A DNA stretch of 64,000 bases from Spirochaetota bacterium (GTDB taxonomy: Bacteria > Spirochaetota > UBA4802 > JAFGDQ01): assembly GCA_043803405.1 (NCBI GenBank), contig JAZDKB010000041.1, positions 1-64,000 of the forward strand, written 5' to 3'. The number at the start of each line of letters is the position of its first letter. Positions within the stretch are counted from its first letter, which is position 1. The notes beneath the pieces were generated by a model. The model had not been told where the DNA came from, ran no database searches, and worked only from the letters and a program-made list of their open reading frames with translations. The position numbers and the translations under genes were made by a program. Positions 39,401 through 48,299 of this stretch are shown here, piece after piece.

Positions 39401-41583
39401 ACAAACTGCCAACCGGTGATCCTGACTATATTGATATGGCTACCAAATATAATTCAGATATTAGTTATAGTTCTATTAATTATTCAGCAGGAATTGATTT
39501 TTTAAAATTAGTAAAAGGTCTACAGTTAAGATTTATATATGCTTTTGATGACGAGGCGGATTTAACACTGTCATTAAAGACCAAACTTGGATCTGCCATT
39601 ACATCTAAAAGCATTCAGGGAATAGTAAATCTCTCATTTTCAGAATATTCCTTTCCTTTAAGCGACAGGCTTTCTCTTTCTGACACTATTAAATACAGCA
39701 TGCTGTCGGATAGCAATACAAGAACATCCACTTATAACCAGCTTACATTTACAACATTAAAGATTCCTTCTTATGGTATTGATCTTAATATGAACGCCAT
39801 AGGTGCTTATGATGCTTCTAAATTTACAGAATATAGCGGAACAGAACGAATTAAACATAATAACGTCAGCAGCCTGCCGTATTGGGCTCCTGATAAAATT
39901 TATACTTATGGCGGAGGCGTGTCTTTCAAACAAAGCATAGAAAACTTTCTTAAAGGAAAATTTTCTTATGAATTATATTTTAATTGTACAAAGGATTATG
40001 TTAAAGGAAATCAGACAAAAGTAGTGGAAGATCAATTTATTACTGATGAAAATAATTATGATCAGACTAATTACACTCCTGGTATCAGACTCACTCATGC
40101 CTGGGATAAAATTGATTATTATATTAATTATTCTTATGCTTATTCCAAATCCAATCTTGAAAACGCAAAACCGTACACTTCCCAGTCGGTTGAATTCGGC
40201 CTGCAGGGAAAATTCTATACAGTATATTCGCCGACAGGAGCAGGCGCAAAGAGCATTGCAATGGCAACAGCAAGCCCAACAATGATCACGCCCGACGGCG
40301 ACGGCAAAGATGACTATGCAATATTCTCGCTTACAGGCTTTGACGAAAAAGGCATAACAAGCTGGGAACTTGAAATATTCAGCAACTCAGGCGAAAAAGT
40401 AAAAAGCATTACGGGACAGGGAACACCGCCAGCATCAGTAAAATGGGATGGAACTGACAAGGCAAACAGCCCTCTTCCCGAAGCTGTCTACTATTATCAG
40501 ATCACAATCGTAAACAGCGCAGGCGAACGGAATTCTTCCAAGAAGGAAACCGTGTTCGTTTCGCGAAAGGCAAAGGCCATTGCACCGGAATTATCTTACA
40601 CGGCTTTTTCTCCTAACGGGGACAATACAAAAGACACTGTAAGCGTTGAATTCAAGGCTACGGACAGAGAGCATGTGTCAAGCTGGACTCTGTATGTAAT
40701 GGACAGACCTAAAACATACAAGCCGGAAAAAGACAGGGAAAGACGCGTAGTCCGCACAATAAAAGGATACGAATTTTTGCCATCCTCGGTTGAATGGGAC
40801 GGCAAAGACAATAACGGGAAAGTGCTCCCGGACGGAGATTATCATATTTTTATTAATGTAAAATATAATGATGAAAAAGATATTACTTCTCCGGATATAA
40901 AAGCAACTATAATCACAAAAGCGCAGATAAGAATAAGCACAAATACCGAGACAATTATTCCTGCAAAAACAATGCTCCGCATAATACCGGAATCATCGGA
41001 CAAAGACCTCGCTTCATGGAAAATCTCGTTTTATTCGATTGATGATAAATTAATCAAGATGATACAGAGCAGCGGGAAACTGCCCGAAATAATTGCATGG
41101 AACGGCACTGATGAAAACAGCAATATTGTATGCTACAACATGCCTGTAAGTGCTGTTATGGAAATCACGGATAAAGCTGGCAACAAAGGCGCATCGAATA
41201 AAGTTAATCTGTGGCTCGGCTTCCTCGAAGAAAAGCAGAAAGACTTTACTCTTATTACGCTTTTTGACCAGGGCATAATGCATAAGCGCAAGGACGAGAA
41301 CCTGACACAGACAGGAAAGGATGTTGTTAAGCGACTTATAACAGAACTCCAGAAATATAAAAAGTCTAAAAAAATACGAATAATCGGCCATACATCTTCA
41401 GACGGCTCAACAGATGCGAATCTGGAACTTTCCAAAACACGCGCAAGGAACCTCGGCCAGAGTATCAAAGACGGCTTAAAAATAGAAACAGGCGTTATCT
41501 TTATAAATGGCGTTGGAAAGTCGCAGCCGTCAAAAATTAACGACAGAAAACTGGATGACAGATATGAAATCGAAATATATTAA
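36442..41583 (+). CDS. Giant multidomain exporter candidate: beta-sandwich, TPR array, beta-barrel, FlgD-Ig repeats, OmpA-like C-terminus (PelB-like)
   Basis: Signal peptide; TPRs of LA..L.W..R..EA type; aromatic beta-strand region ending EFGLQGKF; TPDGDG/FSPNGD and W(D/N)G(T/K)D Ig repeats; IIGHT..LS..RA..GVG OmpA motif. Confidence 0.7.
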   Translation: MKTKSSSLKLIVLTVSFALIIPLLLINVLAQKQKKQANPEQKNPAVKISYKNYIWIEGENSVDTNFSKEKTYNFFCSDRFALQLSKDADPASDKGYYATYVFYVSGTKAFDFWMGCTPPGSKNADKPGYASPFDWKIDSSDFKNASSENTFVKEYYAIGGYYWTKISTGILTAGKHTLTIRVNQKRSSGWDYFFYIDAIVFIPAYSDYLMPLMSFPEVASKNFSDKGKSILFEDIDYYKQQIRQKPNDREMVFSLLQVYTWLYEYEKSMDLCREYLKKNPKDIEIRLLLASSLAWADRLDEAIKEYNNIIAIDKNNITARKLLAVLAGWNNRYDESIKNYREIVEIDRMNIDAYISLATQYSWKNEPTKAFEIFKKAESIAPKNIEVLYALGDNYFWIGKTFEASQQYKKIISIDEKQIEAYKKLAKLYLSMDRKESADDIMDEASRVVNIYPELAGFSLDITSELNKDTVATLGEYRKALEKNPDDIETRKNLIDSYIWNKMDAEAAKEYNNLLNVKIVKGIEKTDERIANLAIESVKLRQAAPVLAGIKEKLAEIAERYKKAESYISGGKDLPEGLNENKIKNDLLLTLSLVKKVDLFEQNLSYFNDVISYYDRDIQSYLTQKNALKWEPDKKRIETQADESEKMFPQDYRPKKVTGLLEYLYGSLSVSKSKFDFVYKVQPEKSFPVYVLAASELSDHSATGNLIADMQKNKNFKAYTENLKKLQDFLKALQAEPAPENKMVDIKSMASEISKQSQNALSRLEELISEKKEKLKTAKKTMQYMYEKMFLDTEIDNVNIYNEIANYNLNKGNQKDVLDYYGRILAVQPLNVEINYKTGAQNQALGYWKSAMGNYELCINNDPDNQNARAAHYDLQKEHSPALKNEFSYFSDQYDKGQDYKSTRINNLLMFTYPLNNWLALNAGYGFRKVSDTGGTAIPGKALSLTEGSFTRNTAIAGTDINFVPLGVKLFLDFKGHSYKGKISHENKLPTGDPDYIDMATKYNSDISYSSINYSAGIDFLKLVKGLQLRFIYAFDDEADLTLSLKTKLGSAITSKSIQGIVNLSFSEYSFPLSDRLSLSDTIKYSMLSDSNTRTSTYNQLTFTTLKIPSYGIDLNMNAIGAYDASKFTEYSGTERIKHNNVSSLPYWAPDKIYTYGGGVSFKQSIENFLKGKFSYELYFNCTKDYVKGNQTKVVEDQFITDENNYDQTNYTPGIRLTHAWDKIDYYINYSYAYSKSNLENAKPYTSQSVEFGLQGKFYTVYSPTGAGAKSIAMATASPTMITPDGDGKDDYAIFSLTGFDEKGITSWELEIFSNSGEKVKSITGQGTPPASVKWDGTDKANSPLPEAVYYYQITIVNSAGERNSSKKETVFVSRKAKAIAPELSYTAFSPNGDNTKDTVSVEFKATDREHVSSWTLYVMDRPKTYKPEKDRERRVVRTIKGYEFLPSSVEWDGKDNNGKVLPDGDYHIFINVKYNDEKDITSPDIKATIITKAQIRISTNTETIIPAKTMLRIIPESSDKDLASWKISFYSIDDKLIKMIQSSGKLPEIIAWNGTDENSNIVCYNMPVSAVMEITDKAGNKGASNKVNLWLGFLEEKQKDFTLITLFDQGIMHKRKDENLTQTGKDVVKRLITELQKYKKSKKIRIIGHTSSDGSTDANLELSKTRARNLGQSIKDGLKIETGVIFINGVGKSQPSKINDRKLDDRYEIEIY

Positions 41584-44218
41584 AAAAAAACCTGCCCCCC
41601 AAACCCCCCGAAGGGGGGCTTTAAAAACATTCACGGATAGATTAATTTTTAAATCCCTCTCAGGGGGATATAGGAGGCATCATTTTGTCTTATTATTTCT
41701 TTTTGCTTTCATTTTCATATTTTTAATCACCTCCCTTTCCGCAGCTCAGTACGGTGACACAGTTCTCGCGCTGTATAAATCATCTGAAGGCTTTTCCGAA
41801 AATAATAATCCAGTAAAAACATACCTCGAGCCTGAAATTAAAAAGCTCGGATTAAAAACAGAATACCGCAGTTTCGAAAGCGGAATGCCTCCCAGGGATT
41901 CTTTAAACAATATACGCGCTATCGTTACATGGTATAACGGCGGAGTTGTTGAAAATAAAAAAACAGGGCTTGAATATATCGAATTTCTTAAAAGCGCGGT
42001 TGATTCAGGCTGCAAACTTGTAATTATTAATTCGTTCGGAGCGTACGGTTACAATGAAGGCGGAATCGAAAAATGGGATCTTATAAACGATATTAATATA
42101 TTATATAAAAAACTGGGATTCGTTTTTAAAGATTCATTCTGGACGAACGATCCTGCAAAAATCCGTATCACGGAAAAAGACAGCTTTATGACCGAAAAGG
42201 ACGCAAAACAGGATGTGAACGTATCGAAACATTACCAGCAGATCGTTCCACAAAGAAACGATGTTGCAACATATCTAACAATAAAAAGAACAGATAATGT
42301 CAAGGGTCTGGGAGACGGTAATTCCTCCGTAATACTGACTTCCAGGAACGGCGGTTTCGCGCTCGAAACTTACGTGCTTTCAGGTAACAAGCTTATGCTA
42401 AACACGTCCGAATTCCTGCGCAAATCACTATTCTTTGACGATGGAATACAGGATGTGTGTGTTGTGATAGGCGATATAAAAAACAAGGGGCCTGTCATTG
42501 AAAATTTTAAATACGCGTTCAAATATGCAAAAATCCGAAATATAATTATTGAAGCCGAGCAATTGCGTACAATGATTTCCGGCGATCTTCTGCAATATAA
42601 TGTATTAATTATTGCAACTGATACTGTTAATAATATTCCGTTCAATACAATAAAAGATTATGTAAACAAAGGCGGGAACTTAATATTCGCAAAATCAGCT
42701 GACCTGAGCAGTCAGTTCAAAGAACTGGTTGGAGCAACCTCATACACTCAAAGCAGTTCATTTAATGAGGGATTCGCGATCAACACGGAATTCTGCATGA
42801 ACAAAGTAGCGTTCAAAGGGGAAAGAATATCAATAACAGTCAGAAGAGCATCGCTGGCAAACTGCAAGGTTCTCGCTGTTGTACTCGATCAGGATGAAGT
42901 AAAAAACTATCCTGTGTTATGGGAGACTTCCCTCGGAAAAGGGAAAATATTATACTGGAATACTGATATATTATTAAGCGGAGATAAGGGATACAGGGGA
43001 ACAATTATTCAGAGCATACATTATATATACAGCGGCTTTGTCAGCGGAATAGCAAATATAGGCATGATGATGATTGACGATTTGCCTGCGCCTTTATGGA
43101 ACATCAATTATAGGGAATACAGAATAAATTATTACAACAATCAGTTAAAAAGCGCATCAGACCCGACCCAGAAAGAAAAGATCAGCTCAATTATTAAAAA
43201 TCTTAGTAATTACTCCAATATCACGGATAACAATTTTATTAAGAATATCTGGATCAATGATATGGAAGCCTTGGAAAAACAGTTCGGCTTTAAATATACG
43301 GCTTATATGATCTTTAATTATAATGATAAAGTTGTACTCGATAAAAATGAAGATACATATCCTATAGTAGATTTTTATTTATCCGGAGATAATCTTCCTA
43401 TTCAAATGGGATTAAAAGTCCTGAATGCGGGATGGGAACTCGCACTGCATGGTTATAATCATCAGTCTCTTACTACAAAAAAGCCCGATCATTATGATTC
43501 ACTTCCCTGGCCGGATAAAAATTCAATGGTAAAAGCATTGACTTCCGCAAAAAATGAATGGATATCGATTTTCGGAGAGAACACCCTGCCTTTTTCCTAT
43601 GTAGCGCCGCATAACATAATTGACAATGCCGGGCTTTCTGCAATTGCCGAAACATTTCCTTCAATAAACGTAGTTTCGACTTTATATGTTAGCGACCAGG
43701 GAGAAATCGAACAGGAATTTGAATGGACAAAAGACCGCAGATTTTTTCAGCTCCCAAGAATAAGTTCCGGCTATATTGTAAATCCTTCCAACAAATATTA
43801 TATATATGATGCAATACACAATTTCGGCATAGTCAGCCACTTTATTCATCCGGATGACGTTTTTGACGAAGGCCGCTCTTTTGGCTTCGCAGGCTGGAAC
43901 GCCATGAAATCAGCTTTTATTGACGAGTTTAACCAGGTTAAAAAATGCCTGCCGTCAATCAGATGGATGACCTCAAAGGACGCGTTTGAAGAATTTCAGT
44001 TTTACAATGCAGCTTCCATAAGAGTAAAAGAATCCGGTAAAACGATAATAGTCGAATCAGCGGACGGATCGGACCGATACCTGTATTTCAGAATACGTTT
44101 AAAGAAAGGACAAAAAATCAAGACCGCACAGAACTGCCAGATTGTTAACACGAATAATGAAAGCGGGGATGTAATTTTAAAGACAACAGAGCATATTTCA
44201 AAGATTATACTGAATTAA
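41564..44218 (+). CDS. DUF2194-type polysaccharide deacetylase (PelA-deacetylase-like)
   Basis: IDDLPAP, ELALHGYNHQSL, YVAPHN, HFIHPDD CE4-like metal motifs; ATG 41564 overlaps the upstream gene's end. Confidence 0.8.
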   Translation: MKSKYIKKKPAPQTPRRGALKTFTDRLIFKSLSGGYRRHHFVLLFLFAFIFIFLITSLSAAQYGDTVLALYKSSEGFSENNNPVKTYLEPEIKKLGLKTEYRSFESGMPPRDSLNNIRAIVTWYNGGVVENKKTGLEYIEFLKSAVDSGCKLVIINSFGAYGYNEGGIEKWDLINDINILYKKLGFVFKDSFWTNDPAKIRITEKDSFMTEKDAKQDVNVSKHYQQIVPQRNDVATYLTIKRTDNVKGLGDGNSSVILTSRNGGFALETYVLSGNKLMLNTSEFLRKSLFFDDGIQDVCVVIGDIKNKGPVIENFKYAFKYAKIRNIIIEAEQLRTMISGDLLQYNVLIIATDTVNNIPFNTIKDYVNKGGNLIFAKSADLSSQFKELVGATSYTQSSSFNEGFAINTEFCMNKVAFKGERISITVRRASLANCKVLAVVLDQDEVKNYPVLWETSLGKGKILYWNTDILLSGDKGYRGTIIQSIHYIYSGFVSGIANIGMMMIDDLPAPLWNINYREYRINYYNNQLKSASDPTQKEKISSIIKNLSNYSNITDNNFIKNIWINDMEALEKQFGFKYTAYMIFNYNDKVVLDKNEDTYPIVDFYLSGDNLPIQMGLKVLNAGWELALHGYNHQSLTTKKPDHYDSLPWPDKNSMVKALTSAKNEWISIFGENTLPFSYVAPHNIIDNAGLSAIAETFPSINVVSTLYVSDQGEIEQEFEWTKDRRFFQLPRISSGYIVNPSNKYYIYDAIHNFGIVSHFIHPDDVFDEGRSFGFAGWNAMKSAFIDEFNQVKKCLPSIRWMTSKDAFEEFQFYNAASIRVKESGKTIIVESADGSDRYLYFRIRLKKGQKIKTAQNCQIVNTNNESGDVILKTTEHISKIILN
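41593..41679. repeat. REP-like composite palindrome inserted in frame in a CDS
   Basis: C6-GAA-G6 and ATCCCTC-TCA-GGGGGAT hairpins enclosed by TGCC..GGCA; same layout as 40-132. Confidence 0.6.
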
Positions 44219-44228
44219 GTAAAAATAT

Positions 44229-45224
44229 TTATTTATTTCTTTTCTCAAAGTAGTATGCGGCATCCAGAACATCCAGGTAAACGCCGTCAAAACCAGCATC
44301 CAGAATTTTTTTAAGATAACTGTCCGTAAACCCTGTGCCGTCCACGCGGCCTGTAATTATCTCTTTCCATTCATCCATCCAGTATTTTACTTTATAATTG
44401 CCTTTCCATTCTGGATTTTCCCGTTCGAGAAATAGAGGCCGGCTCTGCTTCCACTCCTGTTTCCAGTAATACCTGTAATCCTCCGCTTCCCCAATTGAAA
44501 GATAAGCAAGAACAAGACGCTTTTTACCAGAAGGCTTTTTCTGCAGCAAAGCTACCTGGTTACGCGTAAGCATTTTACCCCAGAAAAATGCGTCTATCAC
44601 TATCAGATCGTGCCAGGTTTTTTTTAAAGCGCTTAAATAAGCATCAACTGAACGAAACTGAGACGCATTAAGCAAATAAAGAAAGTTTTTAGCTTTATGA
44701 ATGTCCGTGACTGCATCGTCGTTCCTGCTAAAAATCCATGAAGGAATTTTTGTCAGTTCCCGGTTAGCCTGAAATGAAATAAATCCGTGTTTATTATTCA
44801 GTGTGAAAGAATTAAACGCCTGTTTTTTGTCAGCCACATAATCGATTACAAGAATTGCCTTGGCGTTATTTTTCATTATTTTAAGATAATTCAAAAAATA
44901 ATCTGTAGTGTCTGCGGCTGTCCTTTTCCCGTCTTCCGAGTGCCCGTAAAAAAGCTCTTCGCACCCGGCAGCGTCGATTGACGCGAGATACGATTTCGCA
45001 ATCCCGCCGTCCGCTTTACTGTTATAGGTGATCAGGTCCATCGCATTCTGAGGCACTACAGCAAACGAAGGATTTATCTTTTTTGCCCTTGCGCTTATAA
45101 GCTCAACAAACTTACGCATTTCCTCGCGGCAATCCGGTTTGCTTTGAGCAATTGCCTGTTGTAACAATAAACACAATATTGAAATAACAATTAATGATAA
45201 TTTAATAAATTTATCTGGAGTCAT
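44229..45224 (-). CDS. GH114/TM1410-type endo-alpha-1,4-galactosaminidase (PelA-hydrolase-like), circularly permuted
   Basis: Signal peptide; VPQNA, GCEELF, DLIVID, AYLSIGEAEDYRYYW, GFDGVYLD. Confidence 0.85.
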   Translation of the reverse strand: MTPDKFIKLSLIVISILCLLLQQAIAQSKPDCREEMRKFVELISARAKKINPSFAVVPQNAMDLITYNSKADGGIAKSYLASIDAAGCEELFYGHSEDGKRTAADTTDYFLNYLKIMKNNAKAILVIDYVADKKQAFNSFTLNNKHGFISFQANRELTKIPSWIFSRNDDAVTDIHKAKNFLYLLNASQFRSVDAYLSALKKTWHDLIVIDAFFWGKMLTRNQVALLQKKPSGKKRLVLAYLSIGEAEDYRYYWKQEWKQSRPLFLERENPEWKGNYKVKYWMDEWKEIITGRVDGTGFTDSYLKKILDAGFDGVYLDVLDAAYYFEKRNK

Positions 45225-45465
45225 TATCGGTTTTTTAAATATATTTTCAGATCTTTGTAATAATTTTCATGAGGTCCGATCATAAGTTCAAGCATTTTAT
45301 TCGCAACGCGGTAAGCCAGCAGATACTGAATAGTCTTTATTTTGAATTTATGTACATAAACATCTTTCAGATCACCCTTTTTTTCCTGCCCGATTTCAGG
45401 ATCAGCAAGAATTTTACGAATCTCTCTATCCAGTAACTCTTTCTCAGTTTTTGTGAACTTTTTTT

Positions 45466-45819
45466 TTACTTTCCCTTGGTGCTTTTCTTCTTTGACCCGG
45501 ACAGCTTTTTCGGTATCGGCTCAGGAAGCCCATTATATGTTATTTTTACTAAATCGCTGATCCATTCCCGGTCTTCAAATTTATCTTTTATTAGATAATA
45601 CATCTTTGCGCCCGGATATGGCGGAGCTTCGTTTACATCTCCTATAAAAGACCTGCCACCCTCAGTCGGCTTTATAAAAAGCCGATTATCGCAAACAAGA
45701 GCAATTACTTTGCCATTGCAATAAACAGCATACTCGCCGAACATTTTTTTAAACGTGACCGCACCGGCGCTCTCCATTTGATCTGCAACAAATTCAACAA
45801 AGTCTAATGCTGATGCCAT
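45466..45819 (-). CDS. TfoX N-terminal domain protein
   Basis: KKMFGEYAVY..GK..ALVCDNRLFIKPT, PPYPGAK. Confidence 0.88.
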   Translation of the reverse strand: MASALDFVEFVADQMESAGAVTFKKMFGEYAVYCNGKVIALVCDNRLFIKPTEGGRSFIGDVNEAPPYPGAKMYYLIKDKFEDREWISDLVKITYNGLPEPIPKKLSGSKKKSTKGK

Positions 45820-45846
45820 ATTTCCCTATTTATAATAAAAAATTAC

Positions 45847-45882
45847 AACAGTAGGGGCAAATAATTATTTTTCTCTACTGTT
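45847..45882. repeat. GTAG-type REP-like palindrome
   Basis: AACAGTAGGGGCAAATAA / TTATTTTTCTCTACTGTT imperfect inverted repeat. Confidence 0.5.
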
Positions 45883-45889
45883 AATATCA

Positions 45890-46444
45890 TTATTTTACAA
45901 TGTCCATTATGTAATAAATTTTCCCTGCTTTTTCATCATAAATTTCATAACCTACAGAAGCATCATTATAACCATTTTCCTTAGCATATTTCGCTAAGGC
46001 CGGATATGCTTTCATTGGCCCGATCATATATGAAAGATAATTTTTTATAGTAAATTCAGCAACTATTCTTTTTAATTTATCGAGCTTTCCAGTTTTCAGA
46101 ATCGCCGGTAAATCTTTTATTTTACCTGAATCTTCCTGCTTAATTATTACGCCGCAATTACTTCTCAGATTCTCTGTCTTTGTAACTTTCGGATCATCAA
46201 AATAAACACCTATGCCGCACTCTGTTTTAATGCCCATCTTATTTATATTAGTATAAACCTCATCAAAAACCGGGCCTGTCAGCTTATAATCCCCTTTAAA
46301 TTCCTTAAATACATAAGTATATGGACCAACTTCTTTCTCGTAAATTTTAACTGTAGTAAAAAATCCCATATAACCGGCGAAAAAAACCAGTCCTAAAAAC
46401 AATACTGCAATAATCAATAAAATTACTTTTAACATTTTTTTCAT
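45890..46444 (-). CDS. Membrane-anchored GyrI-like small-molecule-binding protein
   Basis: N-terminal TM; GDY..GPVF, GVYFDDP..LRS.CG, GP.KAYP, EIYD. Confidence 0.7.
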   Translation of the reverse strand: MKKMLKVILLIIAVLFLGLVFFAGYMGFFTTVKIYEKEVGPYTYVFKEFKGDYKLTGPVFDEVYTNINKMGIKTECGIGVYFDDPKVTKTENLRSNCGVIIKQEDSGKIKDLPAILKTGKLDKLKRIVAEFTIKNYLSYMIGPMKAYPALAKYAKENGYNDASVGYEIYDEKAGKIYYIMDIVK

Positions 46445-46525
46445 ATAAATGCTCCTATTAAATATAATTATTTTAAATAAAATACAAATTCTATTGCGGG
46501 ATGTTCTAATTCTTTTTTTTCTTTT

Positions 46526-46885
46526 TTATTTATTTTTAGAATATTCTTGTTCCAGTGTTGCTTTTGCTTCTGCAGCAGCCGGATATGCATAGAACGCTGC
46601 AAGCTCTTTACATGTATTATAATCAGGGCAATATGCGCAATTTTCAACCTTCTTTTCTCTCGCACATGGCCGGATTTTGCATACATAATTGCAATAGCCA
46701 CTCAGCCTGTTGTCCTTAGTGCAGCCATCACAGATAACAGATTCAGCAGTAATATCCGGAGAATTATACTGTTTTCGCCATTTCTCCGCAACACCCTCAA
46801 TTGCTTTGCGGTCATTGGCCTGCGTAGCAATATAACCTTCACATTTTGCGCAGTCTATTCCGCAATATGCTGTCATACTTTTCAT
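46526..46885 (-). CDS. DUF3795 cysteine-rich metal-binding protein
   Basis: AYCGIDCAKC, CDGC, C..CKIRPCAREK..NCAYC; strong AAGGAGG RBS. Confidence 0.88.
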   Translation of the reverse strand: MKSMTAYCGIDCAKCEGYIATQANDRKAIEGVAEKWRKQYNSPDITAESVICDGCTKDNRLSGYCNYVCKIRPCAREKKVENCAYCPDYNTCKELAAFYAYPAAAEAKATLEQEYSKNK

Positions 46886-47077
46886 CTTAAAACCTCCTTA
46901 TTTTTTAATTATTAGATTTATATCCTTATCGTCAATGCAAACTTTTATAACTGATTATCAGCCCATGCAGGCATTGCTTTCATGTAGTACTCCGCCCTTT
47001 TTAAAAAGTCCGCAGAGCTGTTCCCGTCCGAAATTTCCTTTAACCATTCAGCAGTGTTTAATCAGGTTAGCATTAAT

Positions 47078-47110
47078 ATAATAATATATCCCTGTGACAC
47101 CATTATGTCA
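47078..47110 (-). promoter_or_regulatory. Putative WYL-regulator operator/promoter
   Basis: TGACA-N6-TGTCA palindrome (47095-47110); on the minus strand TGTCAC-N10-TATTAT. Confidence 0.6.
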
Positions 47111-47193
47111 GGTTTGAATTATTAAGATTTTTAAAAATAAGTAAAAATTAGATATATTTATAAAATCATAATTTTAATAGGATTTCATGCAGA

Positions 47194-48132
47194 TTATTTA
47201 ATGGAGTTATATTGCTGTAAGACTTTTTTTGCTTTTTCGCAAATAATTTTTTTTATGTGAGGAGGCTCCAGCACTTCAACATGTTCGCCATAGCCCAGTA
47301 TAAAAGAATACACCCAATCATCTTCCGGATACGATACCTTTACAATCATATCGCCGTTCTCAATCGTATCAATCTGCTCTTCGTCGAAATAATCCTCAAC
47401 CCTCGCCCTGACAGCAGAAGAAAACTTTAACACAAGACAAGTCACTGCCCGATCATCAATATCCTTTCCTGTATAATCTTTATAGGATGCTTCCCTGCGT
47501 GAAAAAATCTGTTGTAAAGCATCAATCTTTTTTATACGCGATAGCCTGAATACGCGGAAGCTGTTTCGCATCCGGCAAAAAGCGAAGAGATACCAAGTAT
47601 ATCCCATCATAATAAGCGTCATAGGCTCAATAATGCGCTCCGAGCTTTCGCCCTTTGCATCGGAATATTTTATTTTTAAAAGAGTATTTCCGTTTATGGA
47701 ATTCTGTATTGCTTTGAATGCAGCCTTATGCCTGTCGCTGAAGCCCCACGGCATCAGATCAATCGCCAGACGCTCAAAGTGAAGCTCCATCTCTCCGGAC
47801 TTTTCTTCAGGCACAAGGCTTTGTATCTTTTCGATAGCGCATTCAAGTTCAGTATCTTTCAGCCCTGAATTCACTCCCTTAAGTGCGGATAGTATTGCAA
47901 ACATGTCGCGCAATGTCAAAACCTGGCGGTCGATCCTGTAATTCTCCATAATACCGAATCCGCCGTCATTGCCGGGATACGAAACAACCGGAATGCCAGC
48001 CAGATTAATCGCATCTATATCCCTGTAAACCGTGCGGACCGACACCTCGAATTTATCCGCAAGCTCGCGGGCGCTTATCCTGTCCCTGTTCAAAAGCATC
48101 ACAGTAATCGCAAGCATTCTGTCTATACGCAT
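47194..48132 (-). CDS. YafY-family HTH-WYL-WCX transcriptional regulator
   Basis: ARELADKFEVSVRTVYRDI HTH, R.IEP..L....TWYL.AFC..R...R.FRLSRI, G..VEVLEP; ATG 48132 preferred. Confidence 0.93.
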   Translation of the reverse strand: MRIDRMLAITVMLLNRDRISARELADKFEVSVRTVYRDIDAINLAGIPVVSYPGNDGGFGIMENYRIDRQVLTLRDMFAILSALKGVNSGLKDTELECAIEKIQSLVPEEKSGEMELHFERLAIDLMPWGFSDRHKAAFKAIQNSINGNTLLKIKYSDAKGESSERIIEPMTLIMMGYTWYLFAFCRMRNSFRVFRLSRIKKIDALQQIFSRREASYKDYTGKDIDDRAVTCLVLKFSSAVRARVEDYFDEEQIDTIENGDMIVKVSYPEDDWVYSFILGYGEHVEVLEPPHIKKIICEKAKKVLQQYNSIK

Positions 48133-48299
48133 TATCTCACCATCTGTTATTTTTAAGATGACCATATTTATATTTTAAATAATATTTAATATTTCTACTT
48201 TTTTTTATTATTAATTATAAAAATATCCATTGACTAAACATCTTTTAAAATACTTATTATATGTATAAAATGTATAATAATATGGCTAAGAGGTATTTC

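Noticed and set aside
41507..41563. Upstream start for the DUF2194 gene
   Set aside because: It lies within the OmpA-domain coding region; ATG 41564 gives a conventional short overlap
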